Source of the DNA: Clostridia bacterium
GTDB taxonomy: Bacteria; Bacillota; Clostridia; UMGS1883
Assembly: GCA_045661145.1 (NCBI GenBank)
Contig: JAZRFC010000015.1
Location: 1 to 49,111 of the forward strand
Direction of reading: 5' to 3'
DNA length: 49,111 nucleotides
Shown here: in pieces, positions 26,879 to 35,335 of the stretch
How the letters are laid out: every line of letters starts with the position of its first letter
How positions within the stretch are numbered: position 1 is the first letter of the stretch
Notes under the pieces: generated by a model
Database searches by the model: none
What the model was told of the DNA's origin: nothing
Seen by the model: only the letters and a program-made list of their open reading frames with translations
Translations under genes and position numbers: made by a program

Positions 26879-27987
26879 TATAATTTCTCCTTAAAAAGCT
26901 CGGCAATTTTTTCTTCCTGAATTTTAGAACCGATTACACAAATTCTGCCGATTGTACTGCTGCTTCCTGTACGAACATCGGCTTCACCCGGAACATAGTC
27001 GAAATGAATCCAGCCATTTTCTCCCTTGACAATACCTTTTGCACGGAGAATGATTCCATAAGAAACGCTGTCAAGCTCACTGAGTATGTTTTTTATTTCC
27101 TCCTCGGTATATGTGCGGACAGTTTCTTTTCCCCAACTGGAGAATACTTCATCGGCGTGGTGTTGGTGGTGATGTTCGTGGTCATGGCAACCACAGGTGC
27201 ACTCTTCACCGTGGTCGTGATGGTGATGTTCATGGCCATGGTCATGACAACCACAAGTGCATTCCTCACTATGGTGATGATGGTGATGCTCATGGTCGTG
27301 GCAACCGCAGGTGCATTCCTCACCGTGGTCGTGATGATGGTGATGATGGTGCATGTGTTCGTGTTCAAGCTCCTCCATATCAGCCTTTAATGTATCAACA
27401 TTTTCAATTACTGCAAGAATTGCCTTGCCGTCAAGCTCATTCCAATTGGTTGTGACAATCTGTGCATCCTTGTTATGCTCTCGGATAAGCTCTACCGAGC
27501 CGTGAAGCTTGTCCTCAGAAAGTGATTCCGTATGACTTAAAATAATGCAGGATGCATTTTCAATCTGGTCATTGTAAAATTCACCGAAATTTTTCATATA
27601 CATCTTGCATTTTTTTGCATCGGCAACAACACAATAGCTGTTAAGCACAACTTCGTCGGAAGTAACTCCTTTTACAGCTTTTATAACATCGCTGAGTTTA
27701 CCTACGCCTGACGGCTCAATAAGAATTCTGTCGGGATGATACTCTTCAAGCACTTTCTCAAGTGCCTTTTCAAAGTCACCAACAAGACTGCAACAGATAC
27801 ATCCGGAATTCATTTCATTAACCTCAATTCCTGCATCCTGCATAAATCCGCCGTCTATACCGATTTCACCGAATTCGTTTTCTATTAGAACAAGCTTCTC
27901 TCCGTTAAAAGCTTCCTTAATGAGCTTTTTTATGAGAGTTGTTTTTCCAGCTCCCAAAAAGCCCGAAAAAATATCTATTTTTGTCAT
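26878..27987 (-). CDS. CobW/COG0523 family metallochaperone GTPase with His/Cys-rich insert
   Basis: Motifs SGFLGAGKTT, ENEFG, GCICC, IEPSG and LRAKG; internal His-rich segment. Confidence 0.93.
   Translation of the reverse strand: MTKIDIFSGFLGAGKTTLIKKLIKEAFNGEKLVLIENEFGEIGIDGGFMQDAGIEVNEMNSGCICCSLVGDFEKALEKVLEEYHPDRILIEPSGVGKLSDVIKAVKGVTSDEVVLNSYCVVADAKKCKMYMKNFGEFYNDQIENASCIILSHTESLSEDKLHGSVELIREHNKDAQIVTTNWNELDGKAILAVIENVDTLKADMEELEHEHMHHHHHHHDHGEECTCGCHDHEHHHHHHSEECTCGCHDHGHEHHHHDHGEECTCGCHDHEHHHQHHADEVFSSWGKETVRTYTEEEIKNILSELDSVSYGIILRAKGIVKGENGWIHFDYVPGEADVRTGSSSTIGRICVIGSKIQEEKIAELFKEKL
27158..27366 (-). repeat. Intragenic tandem repeat encoding (His-run-EECTCGCHD) x3
   Basis: Three units of about 54-60 bp, each encoding EECTCGCHD, separated by His runs and differing synonymously. 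Confidence 0.9.
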
Positions 27988-28025
27988 TTTAAATACACTT
28001 CCTATTTTAATATTTCTAGTTTAAC

Positions 28026-28100
28026 ATTATATAACTCTTTTTAAAATTAGTCAACTGCTCAAGATAAAAATTGACAATAGTACAGTATTTATGATAAAAT
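28026..28100. promoter_or_regulatory. Back-to-back sigma-A promoters (cobW operon / rluB)
   Basis: Minus strand TTGACT-17-TATAAT (28054-28026); plus strand TTGACA-18-TAAAAT with TG extension (28071-28100). Confidence 0.6.
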
Positions 28101-28129
28101 ATTTCCAAGTATTTTTAATGGAGTTAGTT

Positions 28130-28843
28130 ATGAGATTACAGAAATTTATTGCCGAATGCGGCATTGCTTCCAGACGAAGCGCAGAAAAAATAATAGAAAG
28201 CGGCAGAGTGTACGTCAATGGTGAACTCGTTGACTATATGGGCTGTGTTATTGACCCGGACCGTGATGTTGTAGAAATCGACGGCAAGGTAATTGAGCCG
28301 GAGAATAAGAAGTACTATATTGTCCTTAATAAACCGAAAAACTATGTTACCACTGTTTCTGATGACCTTGGCCGTCCCACGGTAATGCAGCTTGTGTCTG
28401 ACATTAATGCTCGTATATATCCCGTAGGAAGACTTGACTTTGACACAACAGGACTTCTGATTATGACAAACGACGGAGAGTTTGCAAATATCCTTACTCA
28501 TCCCAGACATACTGTTAATAAGACCTATATTGCCCGTGTGGATAAGCCTCTTGACGAGGGTCAGCTTGAAAGACTCCGAAGCGGCATAGACCTTGACGGA
28601 AGCTTAACTGCTCCTGCAAAGGCAGAGAATATCAAGCGTCCGCAAAAGGGGTTTGAGGTGAAAATCACTATTCACGAGGGTAAAAACCGTCAGGTCAGAA
28701 GAATGCTTGATGCCGTTGGCGCAAATGTAATGAGCCTGAAGAGAATATCCGTCGGCTCGCTTACCCTTGGTAATCTTCCCGAGGGAAAGTGGAGGAAACT
28801 TTCTGATGCGGAAATTAATAAATTAAGAGGTAAGAACAAATGA
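28130..28843 (+). CDS. rluB: rRNA pseudouridine synthase (RsuA/RluB family)
   Basis: S4 domain MRLQKFIA..G.ASRR, LNKP, YPVGRLD catalytic motif and EGKNRQVRRM. Confidence 0.9.
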   Translation: MRLQKFIAECGIASRRSAEKIIESGRVYVNGELVDYMGCVIDPDRDVVEIDGKVIEPENKKYYIVLNKPKNYVTTVSDDLGRPTVMQLVSDINARIYPVGRLDFDTTGLLIMTNDGEFANILTHPRHTVNKTYIARVDKPLDEGQLERLRSGIDLDGSLTAPAKAENIKRPQKGFEVKITIHEGKNRQVRRMLDAVGANVMSLKRISVGSLTLGNLPEGKWRKLSDAEINKLRGKNK

Positions 28844-29184
28844 TTCGTGTAACCGTAGTAGATGATTTAAGAATAATAAAATCAGTATCCGATATTGAGG
28901 AAAACGGCGTTTTGATGGCGTGGGCGCAGGAAAACGAGAAAAGCCCCGGTCATTGTATTTTCTCCAGAGACGGGGAAATATTTACGGTTGTTGACAACGA
29001 TAATGTGTTTGAACTTCTTATTAGGGCAACTCTTAACTATCTTGACCTTAATGGCGTAAAGAGGGGCTGCTGCAAAAACGAAGCTATCTTTGACGGACTT
29101 AAACGTCTCGGCTTTACAGAGAAAGACGGTGTTTGTGAGGTTGATATAACTACCTTCTTCAAGCCTTGCTGCAACCATAATTAA
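28840..29184 (+). CDS. Hypothetical protein
   Basis: 114 aa; GAGGT RBS; 4-bp overlap with the rluB stop codon. Confidence 0.7.
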   Translation: MIRVTVVDDLRIIKSVSDIEENGVLMAWAQENEKSPGHCIFSRDGEIFTVVDNDNVFELLIRATLNYLDLNGVKRGCCKNEAIFDGLKRLGFTEKDGVCEVDITTFFKPCCNHN

Positions 29185-29251
29185 ATTTCTGCAAAAAGAT
29201 GCTGACGATTTGTAAGCAAAGCCATAAATTACAAGAAGAAAGGTGACTGAA

Positions 29252-30010
29252 ATGAAAATTTTAATGATTGGTGCACATCAGGATGATAATGAATTCCGAG
29301 CAGGCGGAATTGCTAAAAAATATGTGGAGGCAGGCCATGAAGTTAGATTTCTGAGCCTTTCTAACGGAAGCGGAGGGCATCATATAATGTCACCTCAGGA
29401 AACCGTTAAACGCCGTGCAGAAGAATCTGCGGCAGTGGCGGAGTTCTTAGGTGTTACCACCCCCGACACGGGAAACAAAACTTTCCCCGACATCGAAAAC
29501 CATTGGGCAAAGGATTATATAGCAGAGGCAAAAGAGAAGAATATCATAACGGGAGACGATAAAGGAAACTTCAATCCCGAAAATTCCGTAACCCGTGCCG
29601 AGCTTGTAACAATGCTCATGCGTGCAGTTGAAGGAAATGATACCCCCTACGACGGAACTTTCTCTGATGTGGATTCAAATGATTGGTTTGCGCCTACAAT
29701 TGCAAAAGCACTCAGCTTGGGAATAATATCAGAAGACACAAAATTCCGTCCAAATGCCCGTATAACACGAGAAGAAATGTGTAAGATGATTGTAAATGTA
29801 TATGCAATTCTCGGCGGTGAAATTGAAACTGAGGATGAGTTGTCATTTACTGACGGAGAAAGTATTTCTCCATGGGCAGAAGAATTTGTAGTGAAGGCAG
29901 TATCGGCAGGGCTTATGAACGGTATTGATGAAAATACATTCTCACCCAAAAGCGGAGCGACCCGTGCGCAAGCCGCAACGGTAATTTGCAGAATGTTAAA
30001 AACACAATAA
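29252..30010 (+). CDS. Chimeric ORF: truncated PIG-L deacetylase N-terminus fused to three SLH domains
   Basis: Residues 1-69 contain ILMIGAHQDD, LSLSNG and RRAEE..A...LGV. Three SLH repeats follow (TRAE, TREE, TRAQ). AGGTGA RBS. Confidence 0.75.
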   Translation: MKILMIGAHQDDNEFRAGGIAKKYVEAGHEVRFLSLSNGSGGHHIMSPQETVKRRAEESAAVAEFLGVTTPDTGNKTFPDIENHWAKDYIAEAKEKNIITGDDKGNFNPENSVTRAELVTMLMRAVEGNDTPYDGTFSDVDSNDWFAPTIAKALSLGIISEDTKFRPNARITREEMCKMIVNVYAILGGEIETEDELSFTDGESISPWAEEFVVKAVSAGLMNGIDENTFSPKSGATRAQAATVICRMLKTQ

Positions 30011-30020
30011 TTACACAACG

Positions 30021-30052
30021 CAAAAACTCCATGCAACTGCATGGAGTTTTTG
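30021..30052 (+). terminator. Intrinsic terminator
   Basis: CAAAAACTCCATGCA-ac-TGCATGGAGTTTTTG. Confidence 0.85.
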
Positions 30053-30096
30053 TATTATATATATGGCTGAGGGTGCAAATCGTTAAGGTAATATGC

Positions 30097-30125
30097 TTGA
30101 CAAACATCCGCAGGGGGTATAATAT
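30097..30125 (+). promoter_or_regulatory. copA promoter with putative CsoR-type operator
   Basis: TTGACA followed by ACATCCGCAGGGGGTAT and TATAAT/TAATAT. The right half matches the Bacillus CsoR operator ATACCC-N5-GGGTAT; the left half is degenerate. Confidence 0.5.
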
Positions 30126-30159
30126 TAAATGTGTGACAAAACATTTAATGAGGTAGTTT

Positions 30160-32622
30160 ATGAAAAAATATAAAGTTTCGGGAATGAGCTGTGCAGCATG
30201 CAGCTCAAGAGTTGAAAAAGCGGTAAATTCCCTTGAGGGGGTTACAAGCTGTAATGTTAATCTTTTGACAAACTCAATGGTTATTGAGGGAGATATATCT
30301 GACAGGGAAATCATCTCTGCAGTTGAAAACGCAGGCTATGAGGCAGAATTGTTTGAGAATGTAAAGACGGCTTCTTCAGAAAGTAAGGAAAGTAATGAAG
30401 AATTGAACTTCAAAAAAACAAAAAACCGTCTTATTTATTCAGTAATTATTCTGATTCCCCTGATGTACCTTTCCATGGGAAAAATGCTGAATTTACCAAC
30501 ACCTGAATTTTTAAGAAGTAATATGCTTCTTGCGGGAATAATTCAAATGGTGCTTTCAGCAATCATAATGTTTATTAACAGAGTCTTTTTTATAAATGCG
30601 TATAAGAGCATCAGGCACCGTAACCCCAATATGGATGTTCTTGTGTCTATGGGCTCATTAGCTTCTTTTTTGTATAGCGTATGTCTGCTTTTTGAAATTG
30701 CAGAAGCTCACTTTGGCGGGAATATTTCAATGGCTCATAAGCTTGCACATTCCCTGTATTTTGAATCAGCAGCGATGATTCTCACCCTTATCAGTGTCGG
30801 GAAGCTTCTTGAAGCACATTCTAAAGGTAAGACGACAAACGCGATTAAGAGTCTTGTCAAGCTTGCGCCCAGAACGGCAACTGTAATCCGTAACGGGGAA
30901 GAGCTTGTCATTCCCACAGAGGAAGTTCTTGTAAATGATATTTTTATTGTCAATCCGGGAAAATCCATTCCTGCAGACGGCATTGTTATTGAGGGCCATT
31001 CTGCTGTGGACGAATCGGCACTTACGGGAGAGAGCTTACCGAAAGATAAAAATATCGGAGATAGGGTTTCGGCTGCAACGATAAATAAGTCGGGCTATCT
31101 TAAATGCAGAGCAACCGATGTTGGAGAAGACACTGCTTTGTCCAAAATTATAAAAATGATAGAGGATTCCTCGGCAACAAAGGCACCCATTGCACGGATT
31201 GCAGACAAGGTTTCAGGCGTGTTTGTTCCCATAGTGCTGTTAATAGCAGTAATAACCTTTGTAATTTGGATGGTTTTAGGTAAAGATATTGGCTTTGCAT
31301 TGTCTAAAGGAGTCTGTGTTCTTGTTATCAGCTGTCCGTGTGCATTAGGACTTGCAACTCCCGTTGCGATTATGGTTGGAAACGGGGTAGGGGCTAAATA
31401 CGGAATTTTGTTTAAGAATGCAACCGCTTTGGAGCAGGCAGGAAAGATAAAGATTGCTGCAATTGACAAGACCGGTACAATCACAGAGGGAAATCCGTCT
31501 GTTACGGATATTATCTTAGTTTCAGCGGAGGAAAATGAGCTTCTGGAAATCGCATGTGCTCTTGAACAAAACAGCGAGCATCCTTTTGCAAAAGCAATTT
31601 TGGAGGAATGTAAGCTGCGAAGTATTTCCCCTGAAAAAATTGATTTCTTTGAAAATTTGCCCGGTGCAGGGGTAAAAGGCATATATAAAAATGTAAATGT
31701 TTTTGGCGGTAATGTCCGCCTGATAGAAAGTAAAATAAAGCTGGATGGAAAGGTTAAAGAATTCCTGAATAAACTCTCAAAAGAGGGAAAAACACCTCTT
31801 ATATTTGCAAAAGAGGAGGAGATTCTGGGAATAATTGCTGTTGCAGATGTTGTTAAAGCCGACAGCAGAGATGCTGTCACCAAGCTCAGACAAATGGGAA
31901 TTATGCCGGTTATGATTACAGGCGACAACCGTAATACCGCAACTGTTATTGCAACTCAGGTCGGAATTGAAAGTATCATAGCTGATGTACTTCCCGACGG
32001 AAAGGAACAGGCAATACAAAATCTTAAGAAGAACGGAATCGTCATGATGATAGGCGACGGAATAAACGATGCCCCTGCATTAACCTCAGCAGATATAGGC
32101 ACAGCACTTGGAGCAGGGACAGATATTGCTATTGATTCTGCTGATATTATACTCACAAAAAATTCACTTTCTGATGTAGTTTCGGCAATTTTACTCAGCA
32201 GAGCCGTTCTTAAGAATATAAAAGAAAATCTTTTCTGGGCTTTTTGCTACAATGTAATAGGGATACCGCTTGCGGCAGGCTTGTGGATTCCTTTTACGGG
32301 ATGGGAGCTTAGTCCCATGTTCGGTGCGGCAGCAATGAGTCTTTCGAGTTTTTGTGTTATTACTAATGCGCTCAGATTAAACTTTTTCAAACCCAATACC
32401 AATAAAAAGGAGATAAAAGAGATGGAAACAGTAATTAAAATTGAAGGTATGATGTGCCCTCACTGTGAAGCGAGAGTAAAAACTTCACTTGAAGCGGTGG
32501 ATGGTGTCACGGAAGTAATCGCAAGTCATAAGACGGGAGAAGCAATTGTGAAAGCTGACAAGGAAATACCTCTTGACAAACTTAAAAGTGTTGTAGAGGC
32601 TCAGGGATATAAGGTTCTTTAA
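30160..32622 (+). CDS. copA: Copper-translocating P1B-type ATPase with N- and C-terminal HMA domains
   Basis: GMSCAAC, LTGES, CPC, DKTGT, SEHP, GDGIND, YN and MSLSS (P1B-1 signature); C-terminal GMMCPHC. Confidence 0.93.
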   Translation: MKKYKVSGMSCAACSSRVEKAVNSLEGVTSCNVNLLTNSMVIEGDISDREIISAVENAGYEAELFENVKTASSESKESNEELNFKKTKNRLIYSVIILIPLMYLSMGKMLNLPTPEFLRSNMLLAGIIQMVLSAIIMFINRVFFINAYKSIRHRNPNMDVLVSMGSLASFLYSVCLLFEIAEAHFGGNISMAHKLAHSLYFESAAMILTLISVGKLLEAHSKGKTTNAIKSLVKLAPRTATVIRNGEELVIPTEEVLVNDIFIVNPGKSIPADGIVIEGHSAVDESALTGESLPKDKNIGDRVSAATINKSGYLKCRATDVGEDTALSKIIKMIEDSSATKAPIARIADKVSGVFVPIVLLIAVITFVIWMVLGKDIGFALSKGVCVLVISCPCALGLATPVAIMVGNGVGAKYGILFKNATALEQAGKIKIAAIDKTGTITEGNPSVTDIILVSAEENELLEIACALEQNSEHPFAKAILEECKLRSISPEKIDFFENLPGAGVKGIYKNVNVFGGNVRLIESKIKLDGKVKEFLNKLSKEGKTPLIFAKEEEILGIIAVADVVKADSRDAVTKLRQMGIMPVMITGDNRNTATVIATQVGIESIIADVLPDGKEQAIQNLKKNGIVMMIGDGINDAPALTSADIGTALGAGTDIAIDSADIILTKNSLSDVVSAILLSRAVLKNIKENLFWAFCYNVIGIPLAAGLWIPFTGWELSPMFGAAAMSLSSFCVITNALRLNFFKPNTNKKEIKEMETVIKIEGMMCPHCEARVKTSLEAVDGVTEVIASHKTGEAIVKADKEIPLDKLKSVVEAQGYKVL

Positions 32623-32667
32623 ACAAAAAATCCGTTTTCGTTATATCGAAAACGGATTTTTTGTTTA
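32620..32667. terminator. Bidirectional terminator
   Basis: TAAACAAAAAATCCGTTTTCG-ttatat-CGAAAACGGATTTTTTGTTTA; 21-bp arms ending on both stop codons. Confidence 0.88.
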
Positions 32668-33897
32668 TAATATTTCCGCAGCGGCATTCATTATGGCAAG
32701 TCGTGCACTCTCATATGTTATACCGCCTTGCATAAAGCCTACATAAGGCGGCTTTATGGGAGCATCAGCACTAAGCTCTATGCTTGCACCTGAAATAAAT
32801 GTTCCTGCTGCCATTATAACCTGATGCTGATAACCGGGCATATCCCACGGCATGGGAATAGCAAAGCTGTCAATGGGAGAAGCTTTCTGTATGCCCTGAA
32901 TGAATTTAATCAGTTTTTCTTTATCGTTAAACTTAATTGCCTGTATAATATCATAATGATTTTCTTCAGGTCTGGGATTTACTTCATAGCCGAGCTTCTG
33001 CATCAGGGCTCCGCCGAAAATTGCACTTTTAATTGCCTGCCCTACAATATGGGGTGCCATAAAGAGACCCTGGAACATATATCTGTTCTGTCCCAATGTT
33101 GCACCGCATTCTTTACCGATTCCCGGTGCAGTCTGTCTGTATGCGGCAAGCTCTATATACTTCTTCTTCCCTGCAATATAACCGCCTGACTGAGCCAAGG
33201 AGCCGCCGATGTTTTTAATCAGTGAACCTACTACCATATCTGCACCGTGCTGTGTAGGCTCTGTCTTTTCTGCAAATTCTCCGTAACAGTTGTCAACAAT
33301 ACAGCAGACATCGGGGTTTATGGATTTGATGTGTGAAATAGCTTTTCCAAGCTTTTCACAGCTGAGTGTTTCTCTCCAATCATATCCCTTTGAGCGCTGA
33401 AGTATTACTGCCTTGACATCAGGTGTCAACGCCTTTGTTATTCCTTCGAAATCAATATCTCCGCCTATAAGGTCAACCTGCTTGTAGGATACACCGAAAT
33501 CCTTAAGACTTCCGCCGCTGTCACCTGAAATTCCAATAACCTCTTCAAGTGTATCATAAGGCTTTCCGGTAGCAGCAAGTAATGTATCTCCGGGGCGTAA
33601 AACTGCAAAAAGAGAAATAGTAAGACAGTGGGTACCATTCACTATATTATGGCGTACAAGGGCATCTTCAGCGCCAAAAATATCAGCATAAATAGCTTCA
33701 AGTGTTTCTCTTCCTACATCTCCGTAACCGTAGCCCGTGGAGGGATAAAGACAATTTTCTCCCACACGGTGTTTTATAAAGGCATCAAGAACTTTTTCCT
33801 GATTAAAACGGGAAATTTCGTCAATTCTGTTAAAGTATGGTGCAATTTCTTTTTCAACTTCGGCACCCAGCAAGCGTATTTTTTCGTCAATGTACAT
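32665..33897 (-). CDS. YnbB-like PLP-dependent protein (methionine gamma-lyase family / 'aluminium resistance')
   Basis: Motifs STGYGYGD.GR, GKPYDTL, VDNCYGEF, GSLIKN.GG and GTF..GASIELSAD. Confidence 0.9.
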   Translation of the reverse strand: MYIDEKIRLLGAEVEKEIAPYFNRIDEISRFNQEKVLDAFIKHRVGENCLYPSTGYGYGDVGRETLEAIYADIFGAEDALVRHNIVNGTHCLTISLFAVLRPGDTLLAATGKPYDTLEEVIGISGDSGGSLKDFGVSYKQVDLIGGDIDFEGITKALTPDVKAVILQRSKGYDWRETLSCEKLGKAISHIKSINPDVCCIVDNCYGEFAEKTEPTQHGADMVVGSLIKNIGGSLAQSGGYIAGKKKYIELAAYRQTAPGIGKECGATLGQNRYMFQGLFMAPHIVGQAIKSAIFGGALMQKLGYEVNPRPEENHYDIIQAIKFNDKEKLIKFIQGIQKASPIDSFAIPMPWDMPGYQHQVIMAAGTFISGASIELSADAPIKPPYVGFMQGGITYESARLAIMNAAAEIL

Positions 33898-34161
33898 TTA
33901 GTCCTCCAATAATTTTGCTTCTTTCAGCTTAGTCAAAAAATCTTCAAGGTCGCAAGAAGCCTCATCCGTGGAAACATCATATTCCTCCAGAATTTTTGCA
34001 AGCATTTCTTCTTTTGTGGTATCCTTCTTCAAAAGCTCCCAAAAAAACACCCCCGTGTCATTAAGGGTCAGCATTCCATTGAATTCCACATCACTCCCGA
34101 CGGATACGACTATATTTTTCCCTGCAACCTTGCGAAGCAGATAACCGTCACGCAGTTTCAT
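33898..34161 (-). CDS. PqqD family (RRE-like) protein
   Basis: LRKVAG..IVV, LTLNDTGVFFWELL and EEYDV...A..D...F...L pattern; ATG 34161 follows AGAGGTG. Confidence 0.85.
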   Translation of the reverse strand: MKLRDGYLLRKVAGKNIVVSVGSDVEFNGMLTLNDTGVFFWELLKKDTTKEEMLAKILEEYDVSTDEASCDLEDFLTKLKEAKLLED

Positions 34162-34342
34162 TTCAAACACCTCTTTAAAGATTATGCTCTAATTTTATCA
34201 TAACTGCAAAGAAAAATCAACTGAAACTTATCTGTAGAAAATAAAAACGGGTAAATTATTCTTTACATATTTATACCCCTGTGGTATAATAAATAAAATA
34301 ATATGGATTATTATGCTTTGGTAAGGGACAGAGGGTCGGTTT

Positions 34343-35335
34343 ATGCGTAAAGAAAGACTGAATTTTGGTGTTGTTTTAAGGACGATTTTGTCCTTACTCC
34401 CTATGATTTTCGGGGTTCCGACACTATCTATTATAACATGTTCATATAACATTGCAATGTCATTTATGGTCCTTGGTCCGTTAAATGCAGTTGCCACATC
34501 TTTGTGTACCGTTTGCTTTTCTATGTTTATAGGAGGAGGGGCAGGTGCAGGGGGAGAGCTTACCGCTCTTGTGATCGGCTTGCAGGCTGTATTATCTGCA
34601 CTTGGGTGTATATACGGATACCTTTACAAAAAGAAATTCTCTTTAGGAATGTACTGCGCAACGGCAGGAATACTTATCCCTGAATATTTCTATGTCCAAT
34701 ATCAGGCATCATCACGGGGTATGTCAGTAGTTCAGGCGATGGTTCCACCTGCTGAAGAAATGAAGTATATAGTGAATCAGACTCTGTCAAATCTGCCTGA
34801 AGCAGAACTTGCTGTTTTATCTACTGAAATCAATAAGGTAATAAGCCTTATTCATAATTTGGTTTCAATGCTGATTCCGTCAGTGTTTATAATAATATCA
34901 GTGATTCTGGCATATTTGGTTATGTGGGCGGTTTCAGTACAGTTAAGGAAGCTTCCTATCGGGATGAATCATTCTTTCTCAAAAATCAAGATTTCCAAAG
35001 CGATGTCAATAGTTTTTCTGTCGGTTGTTTTTATTCTGATGCTTTCTGGAAAATTTGTTCTTCCCGAAACAGTAACAGCCGTTCTTCTTAATATGATGAT
35101 TGTCCTGCAAATGTTTGCTATGTTTGCCGGTATCTCATTTGTTGATTATTTTTTACGGAAAATTGTAAAATCTACGGCTTTTCGGGCATTGATATATATT
35201 GGTACAATAGTTTTTTTACCTATTACTTGCATAGCATATACCATAGCAGGTTGTGTAGACAGCTTTGCTGATTTCAGAAAGCTGAAACCTGCAGAATCTA
35301 TGGAGAAAGGTGTGCCACATGAAACAGAAGAATGA
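34343..35335 (+). CDS. DUF2232/YybS family membrane protein
   Basis: Multi-TM protein with C-terminal G.VDSFADFRK; canonical position before gdpP-rplI-dnaB; TTTACA-17-TATAAT promoter at 34262-34290. Confidence 0.8.
   Translation: MRKERLNFGVVLRTILSLLPMIFGVPTLSIITCSYNIAMSFMVLGPLNAVATSLCTVCFSMFIGGGAGAGGELTALVIGLQAVLSALGCIYGYLYKKKFSLGMYCATAGILIPEYFYVQYQASSRGMSVVQAMVPPAEEMKYIVNQTLSNLPEAELAVLSTEINKVISLIHNLVSMLIPSVFIIISVILAYLVMWAVSVQLRKLPIGMNHSFSKIKISKAMSIVFLSVVFILMLSGKFVLPETVTAVLLNMMIVLQMFAMFAGISFVDYFLRKIVKSTAFRALIYIGTIVFLPITCIAYTIAGCVDSFADFRKLKPAESMEKGVPHETEE

Noticed and set aside
27004-27455. Repetitive ORFs in alternative frames and a possible CRISPR-like periodicity
   Set aside because: Explained by the His/Cys coding repeat in the CobW gene; the units vary synonymously and there are no unique spacers or cas genes.
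31095-31928. 277-aa minus-strand ORF
   Set aside because: Antisense shadow of copA.
23438-34161. Radical SAM + PqqD as a RiPP cluster
   Set aside because: The genes are about 10 kb apart on opposite strands, the radical SAM is ELP3/YhcC-like without a SPASM domain, and no precursor peptide was seen.
34271-34289. TTATACC-CCTGT-GGTATAA dyad resembling a CsoR operator upstream of yybS-gdpP
   Set aside because: The spacer is 2 nt shorter than in the CsoR operator, and the right half is simply the extended -10 element (TGGTATAAT); there is no functional link to copper.
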